A DNA stretch of 64,000 bases from Paraphysomonas bandaiensis (taxonomy: Eukaryota; Protista; Chrysophyceae). Location: positions 62,001-126,000 of the forward strand of contig CBFFRP010000076.1 in NCBI GenBank assembly GCA_965644295.1. The letters are read 5' to 3'. The notes under the pieces are model-generated. The model did no database searches, had not been told where the DNA came from, and saw only the letters and a program-made list of their open reading frames with translations. Shown here piece after piece: positions 13,101 to 28,859 of this stretch. The position numbers were made by a program, and so were the translations under genes. The first letter of the stretch is position 1, and each line of letters starts with the position of its first letter.

Positions 13101-15183
13101 TGTTCCTGGATCACATTCACGTCAGTCACGGCATATTTCATCATGAACAAAATTATTACACCTGCAATGGACTGACGGGAATCCGCTTTGATGACTTCAA
13201 TAGGCGGATTCCTACAAGTCGCCTTTCCTGGTGAAGATGGTGGCGGAGGAGGCGTAGGGGAGCGAGAATGAGATATGGGGTGCCGTGGGGCACTTTTTGA
13301 TCTCAGCCTGCCCCTCTCCTCATATCCGCGTTGTTGACACAGTCGCGTCCCACATGCTTTGTAAACAGCCATGAGAACCGGCCACAGAGAACGTCGACCA
13401 GATATCAAATCTTGTGGTATAATGAGCTCCAGATCCTCAAGACCACTGTGAGAGGAGAGCGCCTTAAGAGAAACTGCAACATTGCGAACAGCCTGTACGG
13501 TTCGTGAGTGAGCTGTACAACAGAAATATATATAGACAACACCAGTCAACACACCTACACAGACAAACACGACAATGTATATAAAAATACTACTAACCTG
13601 CGCTCTACTGCGGACTGACAAATCTGTGCCAACCAGCATCAAACGTGGACGTTGCGTCCGATTTGTATCATCAGTATCATATGATCCACGAATTAGTACA
13701 CGTTTGTTTCCGTCGCTACCTCGTCCTCCGAGTACTTTCACGGTCGGTCCCGAGGCGACCTGATGTAGCATTTACAGAAATATTACCTCCCATGATACAA
13801 GCAAATAAAAACACATGCTATCATTAATATATGGTTCATATCGATTATTGTCATACATACAGGAAGTGCATGGCATATCCCTTCATTACCTCCTTGACTT
13901 CTTTGCGATTTCCACGGGAACAAATCGCAGCAAGTTGTGAAAGCAGGACACCATTGCTCCATTCATCATCAAGATTCACTCCTTCTGACGTATCTGGCGG
14001 TGGGCGAGCGATAATTCCAATAGAGTCCAACCATCGTATCAATGTCATGCGGTCTTCCGAGGATACAGCCCCTCCACTCAAGGCATCCACCGGCTCTGGT
14101 TCACTCAGTGACCCAGCACCAAACACCAGGTCTACATCCTTATTATTCATTGACGAATACGGCTTTATAGCCGATTTTAATGTAGATCCACTCATTGGTT
14201 TCTTTATGATTTTGTCTCTGTTCCTTGATTGATGATCTTTTCGAAGGTGGTCTTTCACATGTGTCAGTCGCCCCGGAATCGCCTCAGAGTGGTTCAGCAA
14301 ATGCGATTCATGATGCTCCACTGGGGTATCTACATGGGAATGTCTGCGGCTACTTATTGCTTCCTTCGGTGTTTCTGATGTGTCTAAGGGGGGGGATTCA
14401 CAGAAGTCGTCCTCTAAACACAACCGAAACGCCATTCAGCGTGAACAAAAACAAAAACTCTACTCAGTGACCTACCGGCATCCTGTTCATCACTCGCAGA
14501 AGGAATAAACCTTGTGCTGTTCTCTCCAAACGATATACGCCTTTTCTCTTCAGTATGAGAAGGTGTAGTAATGCTGGTATTAAGCTGGGAACGGTTAGTT
14601 TTCGATTTGGTGCTTGCTTGTGGGGTAGGGTCCGCTGGTGGGGTAGAGGTTATCTGCTTGCTGACTGCTGCGACATACTTTGTTGCAGGCGGATGAGGAG
14701 AAGAAATTTGTACAAGTGATTGTCCTGTCGATATTCTATATAGAATTTCCAAAAGCCACAAAGTTTCTTCCGGCTGTCCCCGACTAATCAAATCCGCAGC
14801 GGACTGTGCCCGTAATTCTGATGGAAGATTGCCCCAGCCATGCTCCATACCAATGAAGTTAAGCACACAGCGAGCAACACTAGACATATATTACTCAATA
14901 GCTCTACATGAAACGAACATTACCTAGTGAAGGTTGTACACGAGTCAATGTGAGGGATCGTTTTGCCATTTTCAGCAAACAGCACAATATCTTTGAGGGT
15001 TGTTCCGGACCGTAAGTCCTCACAGCTCGAAAACTGCACAAATAATATGAGTAAATAACAACACTCGATTGACGGCAAGTACCAGTGCACATGATGGCTT
15101 AGGAATCGAATTAATCCAGTACTTAATATGATTCGGAACCGCAAAATTCATAATCAAACTAACTGCCGGAGTGAATCATTCAT
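10159..15183 (-). CDS. Large protein with several calponin-homology-like domains, multi-exon
   Basis: Repeated W-L/I...(D/N)G-x-(L/I)-L...N-(I/L)-x-x-x-L pattern: EDLRSGTTLKDI, EWSNGVLLSQL, LRNGEILCEL..ENIERAL, LRDGTILCLL..ANLRKCL, LSDGVLLGKL..QNIRKVL. Start codon and exon joins inferred. Confidence 0.78.
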
Positions 15184-15837
15184 GTGAATGGAAGCGCTAA
15201 AGGTGGTGCAAGATCAAGCTAACACCATTGCAAGTTAAAAGATCGTGAGTGCAGTGGATCTACTGGTCGGTCGATGAGGGGAGATGCCTATGTGTATGTG
15301 TATGTATATGCGGGTCTTAATAGTCGCGACCATATTCAAAAATAATCACCCATCGACACTGCATCCTACAGTACATACACAGCAGTACATACATACATAT
15401 AAACTGTACATGATATATAGACATACTCTGTCTATGAGCCGTATACCGTATAGCAGATATACATACATACATACACAGCAGTTAACTACAACGACTTTTT
15501 GAAATTGATATACAGTACATACTACTCAGTATTCCAGCACGTATATAGCAGTACTGCATCTTCAACCACCTCCACACCAGGTTTCTTCGAAACTGCGAGT
15601 GGTTCATAGTTGCATACAGCAGAATACTATACAGTACGAGACGTCGTGTATGCGATTTTGCATCATCATCAGCACAAAAAAATTGCTGAATATCCACCAC
15701 ACACCACACGTGACACTCCCTCCCTGCTCTCCATACATACATACATACACAGAGAGATAGACGGAGAAGGGACTCATTGGGAATAAGCAAAGCAGCACCT
15801 CGCAGTTCAGAGAAGCTTGCAACCATCTCTGAATAAT

Positions 15838-18800
15838 ATGTCTGAGTTAGAGGAATTACATAAGCAAATCAGTGCTAAGGGCGACGAGATCCGCTCTCTT
15901 AAGGCTAATAAGGTCTCCAAGCAGGATCTCGATCCTCACATCAAGGAATTAATAGGGCTCAAAGAGAGGTGAGTGTGTGTGATCAGCACATGTGTAGTAA
16001 TCCGACCAATAGATATCGCGATCTCAATGGCGGCGTAGAGTATGCACCGCCTTCAGCTGCTCCTCAGCGCAGCCCTCAGTTGATTGAGTTGGAAGGACTC
16101 ATCGCTGCTAAGGGGGATGAAATTCGCCAATTGAAAGCGAACAAGGCCGAAAAAGATGTGATAAACACTCATGTGCAGGACCTACTTGCCCTGAAAGAGC
16201 GCTACAAAGAGGCAAATGGCGGAGTGGCTTATGCTACTGAGGCTAAACCTGAGCCGAGCAAGAAGAAGAAAGCAGCAGCAGAGCCTGCTCAAGCTCCTGC
16301 CCGTGAGGGCCCAAGTAAGAAGGAACTTAACAAAATGAAAAGGAAAGAAAAACGCAAGGGTGGTGGGGAGAAGGCTGATGGTGACGCAGGAACTGCGCCT
16401 GGGAAGGCACTCACTGGTGAGCAACGTAGTGCAGGGAAAGCACAGCCCCCACAGATCACCTACCATTCCAAAGCAGAGCCAGCAGTCTCTCGTTTGGTAA
16501 TGGCGTTGACAGGCCAAGTTATCTCATGCGTGGCATCTTCGCCTGAAAGTCCTGCGCATCAGCCGTATTTGCTCACCGCATCGGGATCTCTATCAGGTGA
16601 CCTAGCCGTGGCACGATACCTCTGCCGCTCCTCTCTCCCTGCGCTGCTTCTGACTAACCCGTTGGAAGCCAGCCAGGTTGACCAGTGGTTAGACCATTGT
16701 ACCGCCGTTTCTTCTTCCGGGGTTGGGTTAGAGAGTACATTTGCTCTTTTAGAAGGTCACCTTGCAGACAAGACTTACCTCGTGGGTGAAACCCTTTCCC
16801 TCGCTGATATCGCTGTGTACGTTCTCGTGTCGGGCTCGCCAGCCCCTACCTCCTATCCTCGCAGCGCTCGGTGGCTTTCTCTGGTTTCATCTCTGCTTCC
16901 GCAGGTAACTGCTCTCCCTTCTGCCAAAGGTGGGAAGTCATCGGGTAAATCCAAAGGAAAAGGCGAAAAGCAAAGTGGTGGTAAGAACTCGGAGTCAGAG
17001 GACACATGTCCCCATCTGGAAGGTGCTGTGGAGGGTCAAGTTTGTACACGGTTTCCCCCGGAGCCCTCTGGATATCTGCATATTGGTGGGTGACGTTTGT
17101 GTATCTTACTTTGATTGATATTTGCTTTGCAGGACACACGAAAGCAGCCCTTTTAAATCAGTATTACGCTCAGCGATACAAAGGGAAACTTATAGTACGC
17201 TTCGACGACACCAATCCGTCAAAAGAAAAGGAAGAGTATGTTGATAATATCATTCGTGATCTTGCTACCTTAAATATCAAAGGTGATGTGGTAAGTATTT
17301 TGTACAAGGAGTGTCTGTAATTTCCATTGCTTGTATGTGGGACTGGCCTAGTTATGCTCAAATGCTAAAGTACAGTCTGTTTATGAATGTCAATGAGGAC
17401 TTTTGAGTAGGGACATCAGATATCCTGTAAAGGAATGACGATTTACCTGTAATTAGTAGAAGACTGAGACATCCATCCATTATGGCTGTATGATACCTGG
17501 ATAATGCGATGTCGTATGTATGGTCATCTCTGTATTGCAATCAATGTTTTTGTCTATATGTGGATGTCAATGAGGACTTTTGAGTAGGGACATCAGATAT
17601 CCTGTAAAGGAATGACGATTTACCTGTAATTAGTAGAAGACTGAGACATCCATCCATTATGGCTGTATGATACCTGGATAATGCGATGTCGTATGTATGG
17701 TCATCTCTGTATTGCAATCAATGTTTTTGTCTATATGTGGATGTCAATGAGGACTTTTGAGTAGGGACATCAGATATCCTGTAAAGGAATGACGATTTAC
17801 CTGTAATTAGTAGAAGACTGAGACATCCATTCATTATGGCTGTATGATACCTGGATAATGCGATGTCGTATGTATGGTCATCTCTGTATTGCAATCAATG
17901 TTTTTGTCTATATGTGGATGTCAATGAGGACTTTTGAGTAGGGACATCAGATATCCTGTAAAGGAATGACGATTTACCTGTAATTAGTAGAAGACTGAGA
18001 CATCCATCCATTATGGCTGTATGATACCTGGATAATGCGATGTCGTATGTATGGTCATCTCTGTATTGCAATCAATGTTTTTGTCTATATGTGGATGTCA
18101 ATGAGGACTTTTGAGTAGGGACATCAGATATCCTGTAAAGGAATGACGATTTACCTGTAATTAGTAGACGACTGAGACATCCATCCATTATGGCTGTATG
18201 ATACCTGGATAATGCGATGTCGTATGTATGGTCATCTCTGTATTGCAATCAATGTTTTTGTCTATATGTGGATGTCAATGAGGACTTTTGAGTAGGGACA
18301 TCAGATATCCTGTAAAGGAATGACGATTTACCTGTAATTAGTAGAAGACTGAGACATCCATCCATTATGGCTGTATGATACCTGGATAATGCGATGTCGT
18401 ATGTATGGTCATCTCTGTATTGCAATCAATGTTTTTGTCTATATGTGGATGTCAATGAGGACTTTTGAGTAGGGACATCAGATATCCTGTAAAGGAATGA
18501 CGATTTACCTGTAATTAGTAGAAGACTGAGACATCCATCCATTATGGCTGTATGATACCTGGATAATGCGATGTCGTATGTATGGTCATCTCTGTATTGC
18601 AATCAATGTTTTTGTCTATATGTGGATGTCAATGAGGACTTTTGAGTAGGGACATCAGATATCCTGTAAAGGAATGACGATTTACCTGTAATTAGTAGAC
18701 GACTGAGACATCCATCCATTATGGCTGTATGATACCTGGATAATGCGATGTCGTATGTATGGTCATCTCTGTATTGCAATCAATGTTTTTGTCTATATGT

Positions 18801-21103
18801 GGATGTCAATGAGGACTTTTGAGTAGGGACATCAGATATCCTGTAAAGGAATGACGATTTACCTGTAATTAGTAGAAGACTGAGACATCCATCCATTATG
18901 GCTGTATGATACCTGGATAATGCGATGTCGTATGTATGGTCATCTCTGTATTGCAATCAATGTTTTTGTCTATATGTGGATGTCAATGAGGACTTTTGAG
19001 TAGGGACATCAGATATCCTGTAAAGGAATGACGATTTACCTGTAATTAGTAGAAGACTGAGACATCCATCCATTATGGCTGTATGATACCTGGATAATGC
19101 GATGTCGTATGTATGGTCATCTCTGTATTGCAATCAATGTTTTTGTCTATATGTGGATGTCAATGAGGACTTTTGAGTAGGGACATCAGATATCCTGTAA
19201 AGGAATGACGATTTACCTGTAATTAGTAGAAGACTGAGACATCCATTCATCATCTGTATAATGCAATGCTTTGTGTATGAAGTTTTCAGCTGTACTTTTC
19301 TGATAGCGTTAATTTTGAGTTTTTTAGTAATGTTGATATTTTTGTTTCAGGTGACCCACACTTCTGATCACTTTGACACATGTCAAAAGGTAGTGTATAG
19401 GATTATGTACTTTTTTATAAACTCATTCGTGGTTAATTGAGCAGTACGCCCGCCAGATGATTAAGAAGGGATTAGCGTACATGGATGACACAGAACAGGA
19501 TAAGATGCAAGCCGAGCGTCTTGCCCGGGTGGAGTCGTACCGCAGAAACACTTCTCCTGAAGAGAATTTAGAGGTAGGTGTCTCGTGTTTGGACCATGGG
19601 TGATGTCCACTAACTCAGAATGTGCTGTCACAGCTTTTTGAGAAGCTCTTGAGAGGAGATCCTGATACCATTAAGTTTTGTCTGCGAGCCAAAATTGATA
19701 TGACCAGCGTGAATGGTACTATGCGTGATCCTGTGCTGTATAGATACAACCCCACTCCGCATAACCGTACTGGCACAAAGTACAAAGCTTATCCTACTTA
19801 CGACTTCGCATGTCCGATCGTCGACTCCATTGAGGGTGTGACACATGCTCTGCGAACAACCGAATACAATGATAGAGACGAACAGTACCACTGGCTGCAG
19901 GAGGCTATGGGTCTAAGGCGTGTGCACATCTTGGCGTACGGGAAAATCAACTTTGTTCACACTGTGTTGTCAAAGAGGAAGCTTAATTGGTTTGTCGAGA
20001 ATGGCAAGGTTGATGGCTGGAACGACCCCCGCTTCCCAACTATACAGGGTTGTGTGAGACGAGGAATGCAGGTGGACTCCCTCAAAAACTTTATTATTTC
20101 TCAAGGTGCATCACGGCGAGTGATTAACATGGAGTGGGACAAGTTTTGGAGTGAGAATAAGCGCGTATTGGAAGATATTTCCCCACGTTATATGGCCGTC
20201 ACCCGGGATACGAAGGTTCCTTTCTTAGTCACTAATGTCCCTGGGGAAGTTGTTGGTGTTTCAATTCAGCGCCACCCACAAAAGCCTGAGATGGGAATGA
20301 GGGTTAGTGTTCAACTGTTAAATCTTTGAACCTCAACTCCGGTATTTGATAGGTGTCAAGGCGCTACAATAAACTTTATCTGGAAGTGGAGGACTGTCAG
20401 AATTTCTCGGAAGGGGAGGAAGTTACACTTGTCCGATGGGGTAACTTTTTCATTGACAAAATGGAGAGGAATTCCAATGGAGAAGTAGTGTCGATGGAGG
20501 TATGACCTTTTTGTGGTTTGGAGTACATAATTTCGTACTGTAAGCGCACTCCTAGTGTATATCATGATATATGCATATTTTTTCATGGATAATGACCATG
20601 CTGCATTTATATTAACAATATCATGACTTTCTTATAAGGGACGTTTCAACCCTGATGCTACCAATTTCTCGAAGACAAAGAAGGCCACCTGGATTGCAGC
20701 AATTGTATGATTCTTGCTCCGTTACATTCATTCCCTAATTTGAATTTGCAGCCTGAATTGGTTCCGTGTCAGCTAGTTGAATTCGACCATCTTATTACGA
20801 AACCGAAATTGGGCGACGATGATGACTTCAAAGATTATGTCACTCCAGTTAGTCGGGCTGAGGTTTGTCTCAAATTTTAAATGTTTACTTTCTAAACAAG
20901 TATATATGCAGACGATTGCACTCGCTGATCCCTATTTGCGCACTGTCCAGACTGGTGAAGTGATTCAACTTGAACGCAAAGGTTTCTTCAGATGTGATAA
21001 AGCCTATGGTGGAAGCCCGGATAAGCCTGCAGTACTGTTCCTCATTCCAGATGGTAGGGTGAAGGCCATGTCAACTCTCAAGTCTGCTTTGAGTCACAGA
21101 TAA
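15838..21103 (+). CDS. Cytosolic glutamyl-tRNA synthetase with two N-terminal WHEP domains and a GST-like domain
   Basis: [15 protein letters not shown] (HIGH, split by an intron), [55 protein letters not shown]; KGDEIR-LKA WHEP repeats; QVDQWLD and [12 protein letters not shown] motifs. Confidence 0.96.
17384..19246 (+). ncRNA. Tandem array of 11 box C/D snoRNAs (SNORD74/snR64-like) in GluRS intron 17291-19350
   Basis: Each unit: stem TGGATGTC, C box ATGAGGA, guide GAGTAGGGACAT, D' CAGA, C' ATGACGA, D box CTGA, stem GACATCCA; 75 nt C to D. C boxes at 17393 + 177n up to 19163. Guide is complementary to conserved LSU rRNA UGUCCCUAY. Confidence 0.88.
17387..19246. repeat. 177-bp tandem repeat, about 10.5 near-identical units
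   Basis: Period measured directly (17393, 17570, 17747 ... 19163); only three variant positions seen (units 3, 5, 8). Confidence 0.98.
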
Positions 21104-21346
21104 ATCGTTTATTTTGTGAGTTTGCACAGTGGACCATATCACTATTTAACTAATTGCGATGCACTCTCACCCGTGCGCACTAACGGTGTAGTCATGTTCG
21201 ATCATAATAACGTAGTATACTTTTGAACTTAATCTACTCAGCAAAATTGATTTGTATCAGCTGCTCCCCACGAACTTTGTAACCAATATATAAACTGAAT
21301 TCACTGAAGTGCCGCTACGTTTTTATCGCACGAAGTATATCCTAGA

Positions 21347-22118
21347 CAGGGCTGAGAGTGTCAACTGCCAATTACTGAAATTGGGACAGCCAATAATAAT
21401 TGACTTCAACCTGCTTCAATTAATTGATACATTTTGATACTGACAAGTCCAATTGGAGTGCTCATATTAGTCACTACAGATAAGAATAAGTGCTACAAAT
21501 GTACAAATTACATGTAGCTAAAATAATAATCTATAGTAACTTTGAAACTTTAACTAGTTACATGTAATTTCCAATTTCCACCACTTATTCTTATATGTGT
21601 AGTGACTAATATGAGCATCGTTTCGTATAAGGCTATCATAATATTGTTATTGAATGCAATAATTGTAATGCTATTCTGAGCCACTTTAACAGAAACAACG
21701 GTGATGGAATATTAGGCCGGTGAACCAATCAATATATTTTACAGTATATTGCAATTCAATATATATTGTTCCCTCTACTATATTGACAATTGACCATTTT
21801 CAGATGATTAAGATCGTTGTAAGAGAAGTTTAAGTTAGTCAAACTAGATAGATTACTTTATTATGATTGTATACACAATTGTGTGTGTTGTCATGTAACA
21901 CATGTCAACAACATGATATATTATTTCGTTCATGTTAACCACTGCTCAACTTCCGTATCTTGAATCGTCATGATATAATACTTCAGTTTCACAGTTATAG
22001 CTATATAGCACCTTTGACTATTGACTACGTATTACTGTTTTTCACATTGTATTTAACGTATTCTACAGTACTATCTTAGAGAACCATACGTATTCCAACA
22101 TACTACACAGTAGCCCTG
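21347..22118. mobile_element. Composite of CAGGGC-ended (hAT-like) MITE pieces and repeat family B
   Basis: CAGGGCTG at 21347 and TAGCCCTG at 22118; 21610-21775 matches 28555-28711; 21347-21430 resembles 44528-44600. Confidence 0.6.
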
Positions 22119-22224
22119 GATTATAGGACCTTTAGCATGTGTTTATACAGTTCACCGGGCTGCTGGAAAAAGACTTTATTGAAGACGTCTACCAGAAAGT
22201 TTGACAGCTGCAGTAACAGATCCA

Positions 22225-23420
22225 AATTCGGACTCGCACCTTTTCGTGGTGTTCTGGTGGATAAAATTACGGGAGATTTCTCCCGAAAACTAACGTTAGC
22301 CACATATATATTCAGCAGTTAATTTTCTGTCCACTCATATAGCCAAAACTACTACTGTGGTACAAGGGGCATTAATAGACGTCTATGGCATGTGCGACTG
22401 GACCCACCTCAAGGGCATCCGGGTGGGTATTGGGCTGCCTGCTGAGTAAAGCATCCGGGAATGGGTCCACCTCAAGGGCATCCGGGGTATTGAGTTGCCC
22501 ACTCATAGTAAAAAATATGCTTGTGTGGTACAAAACGGACACTAATAAGTGTCACTGATGTATACGTCTTTGGGCCTTGATACCAGTTCCCGGTAATTAT
22601 AATAGCATTACCATAATTATTAACGGTTACCAGGACCTGAACGAATAAACAGGCACCCGGGTATTGGGCTATTCACCTTCAGGAGAAAGAGCGACAGTGG
22701 TTGCACCTTGTTGGTGCTTACGGTGACACACAAGCAGCTTCGTAGCCTTAAATAGTAGGATATTATCATATTTAAGTAGTTAGTTAACGTGTTTTGATAC
22801 ATTAGTTCTGACTCCTAAACGCCTATTGTTAATAAGCAGACATTCACTACTGCCTACTGAAGTCAAGCATCTGGGTTGTTCACCTTCTTATGAACTCAAA
22901 ATACTAAAATCAGCAGATGTCAGGTGTCAGGTAGTATATATACAACTGCTTAGTCACTACGTTTGCTTTTTGAGTAATGGAGTAAAAAAGGGGTTGCACC
23001 TTGTTGATGATTGCGGTGACGCACTTCCACCACCCCACCACCACGATATGCCAACTCCGTCAGCTACTCCTCTGCCTTAGGCCTAACTCAGCTAAAGCCA
23101 TTCAAAGACACGCAGGAGCCCCAACATACCCCCTCGTTCATGCATCTCAGGTTAAGAACACATGACTCACTGATACAGAATCCTCCTCTAAAGAATCCCG
23201 AGAAGCCCTGACTGATCCTTTTTCTGTATTTCAAGGACAAACGTCCGCAGAGAGCTTCTCCCTCACACTCAAGAACGGAAGTGGTTGCACCTTGGTGCTT
23301 GCGGCGACGCACAAGCAGCTTCTGTAGCGTTAAATAGTAGGATATATATATGAGAATAAGTGCTAGTTAGTTACAGGTAGAGGTCGATCTAGCTTGACTA
23401 GGCTTCATCTAACTACTTAT
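22225..23420 (+). mobile_element. Cluster of rearranged family A fragments
   Basis: Several partial modules (TCGGACTCGCACC, CCACCTCAAGGGCATCCGGG, GTTGCACCTTG..GACGCACAAGCAGCTT) in altered order. Confidence 0.8.
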
Positions 23421-23880
23421 CTGCTGGTGTCGGCAAAAATACTCCAGCTACTCCAGGTGACATCCACCCCAAGAATTCTATCATCCTCTGCAAGAGTCCG
23501 AACCCGACAGAGGCAAGCGCAACCACTCCGGAAACAACTCCTCCTTACTTGTGGCCAAAACCCCACCTCGACAGCCAGCACAATCTCCACCACCGACTTA
23601 CACTCTCATATACATCTCACCCTATCCACTCCTCACATAACCCATGGCACAGGCCCGCCAGACACATTGCCCAAAGGTAGACCCCCCGACTAACCTCACT
23701 ACAAGGGACGGTTGCACCATGGTGCTCGCAGCGATGCACAAGCAGTCCCGAGTCCCGAGACGGTTGCCAGCCACTAGTAGTATATATATTATAGCAAGTC
23801 CAGTTTTTAGTCAGTCTATAGATGTAAAACTAGTTTCTGTACACAACCGTCATCATGTAATAATCAGACTTTCTTATATC

Positions 23881-24070
23881 TGCTATTGCTAATAATAAGA
23901 CCTTCACACGGTGACGCACAACTAGCTTTCGTAGCGTTAAATAATAGGATATCAGAGTTAGGCCTATTGCTAATAATAAAACATTCACACGGTGACGCAC
24001 AAGTAGCTTTCGTAGCGTTAAATAATAGGATATCAGAGTTAGGCCTATTGCTAATAATAAGACATTCACA
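23881..24070. repeat. Short tandem repeat (about 81 bp x 2.3) built from family A terminal motifs
   Basis: CTATTGCTAATAATAAGACATTCACACGGTGACGCACAAGTAGCTTTCGTAGCGTTAAATAATAGGATATCAGAGTTAGGC repeated head to tail. Confidence 0.9.
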
Positions 24071-24176
24071 ACTTTAATAAATATCAAGTATATTCGATTT
24101 TGTGCACAATTCGAAAGTTTTTACTTCAGAATGTAGATTGATTATTAATTGATACAAGTGAAATTTTTATGTTCCG

Positions 24177-27542
<3,366 letters not shown>

Positions 27543-27705
27543 GTGACTGATGTGTGGAGCTCAGAGGAGAGGAGTGAAGAGGAGACGCAGGGGAGATATT
27601 GGCTTTGAAGTGGGATACTGGATTAGTTATGTAGTGATAGATAATAGAGATGAGAGCCAAGCATGCATAACGTGGATTCCAGTGCTGATATGCAGGCAGA
27701 GTCGT

Positions 27706-27921
27706 AGAGTATACAGGTACAATAGCGTCTACAGGTACAGCAGAGTATACAGGGGGATTTGAGTATACAGGTACAATAGCGTCTACAGGTACAGCAGAGT
27801 ATACAGGTACAGCAGAGTATACAGGTACAATAGCGTCTACAGGTACAGCAGAGTATACAGGTACAATAGCGTCTACAGGTACAGCAGAGTATACAGGTAC
27901 AATAGCGTCTACAGGTACAGC
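27706..27921. repeat. GAGTATACAGGTACAATAGCGTCTACAGGTACAGCA minisatellite (about 36 bp, 17-19 bp subunits)
   Basis: About 5 copies immediately upstream of DDX42. Confidence 0.92.
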
Positions 27922-28189
27922 ATACCGTTATTCAGCAATTTAGCAATTCAACACTTGCGTAGATTCCATATTAGTATTAGAGTCATTAAGATAACATGAT
28001 AACCAAACACACTACTCTGCTAGACAAAGACTGCCTACTGCTTAGCTAGTCACTACTCTCCTCCTACTCAATCTCTGAACCATCATTGGTCCTGTTATTA
28101 TCACCACGTGAATTCAAAATATATTGAAATATGTATCCGGCAAGTGTCGATTAGCTTTAAGAAACAACATCATAATAATCAAGTGTAAT

Positions 28190-28550
28190 AGGGTGCATTC
28201 GTTTGCGCAGCACTGAGATAATACGTCTAGCTGCGCTCAAGAGGCATTCACGTGTATTGGAAGTACTTTTCTCAAGCCGTCGAGTAGTAGGACGGTGGTA
28301 TCGGAACTCTGTCGAGCAGTAATAATCATATCGGTCACTACGTCCGGTGGCCTCTGGTTACTGATACAGGATCTCTTCTACACAACCACTTGAGCAGAAC
28401 CCGAAGATAGAGGACCATCGTGTGACATTAATACTTTCTGGTAGCAGACTGGTATGACCACGTAGCAAGAAAGCATTCTTAAACTGCTTCCCCATTAGCA
28501 GATCTGCTTGTCGATTGAGGGGTCTTCTGCTTCTTTTTGTAATGAATAAT
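28190..28550 (-). pseudogene. Degenerate hAT-type transposase fragment
   Basis: Minus-strand translation ...KQFKNAFLLRGHTSLLPESINVTRWSSIF... carries the TRW(N/S)S motif; stops and frameshifts around it; next to a ...TAGCCCTG MITE end at 28711. Confidence 0.55.
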
Positions 28551-28859
28551 GTGAGATGTGAGCATCTTTTCGTATAAGGCTATCATAATAAAATTGAATG
28601 CAATATTTGCAATACTATTGTGAGCTACTTTAACAAGAACAATATTTGGCCGGTGCTCCAATCAATATATTTTACAATATATTGCAAATCAATATATTGT
28701 TCCCTAGCCCTGGTATATATTACACATGAGATTAGATAGGAGGTCTGTTGCTGTGATAGTCTTCGCATTACAATACTATTTTCAGTTAGTCTTCCCCTCT
28801 TCCCAACTGGTACAATATATTAGATATACACACATAGAGGAATGGTACTGACGTAGGGT

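Noticed and set aside
17387-19246. CRISPR array or plain satellite
   Set aside because: Spacers are identical, there are no cas genes, the context is a eukaryotic intron, and C/D box structure explains the unit.
23430-23700. Possible copia integrase remnant (LSYTSP..SHNP-like)
   Set aside because: Too degenerate to support without a search.
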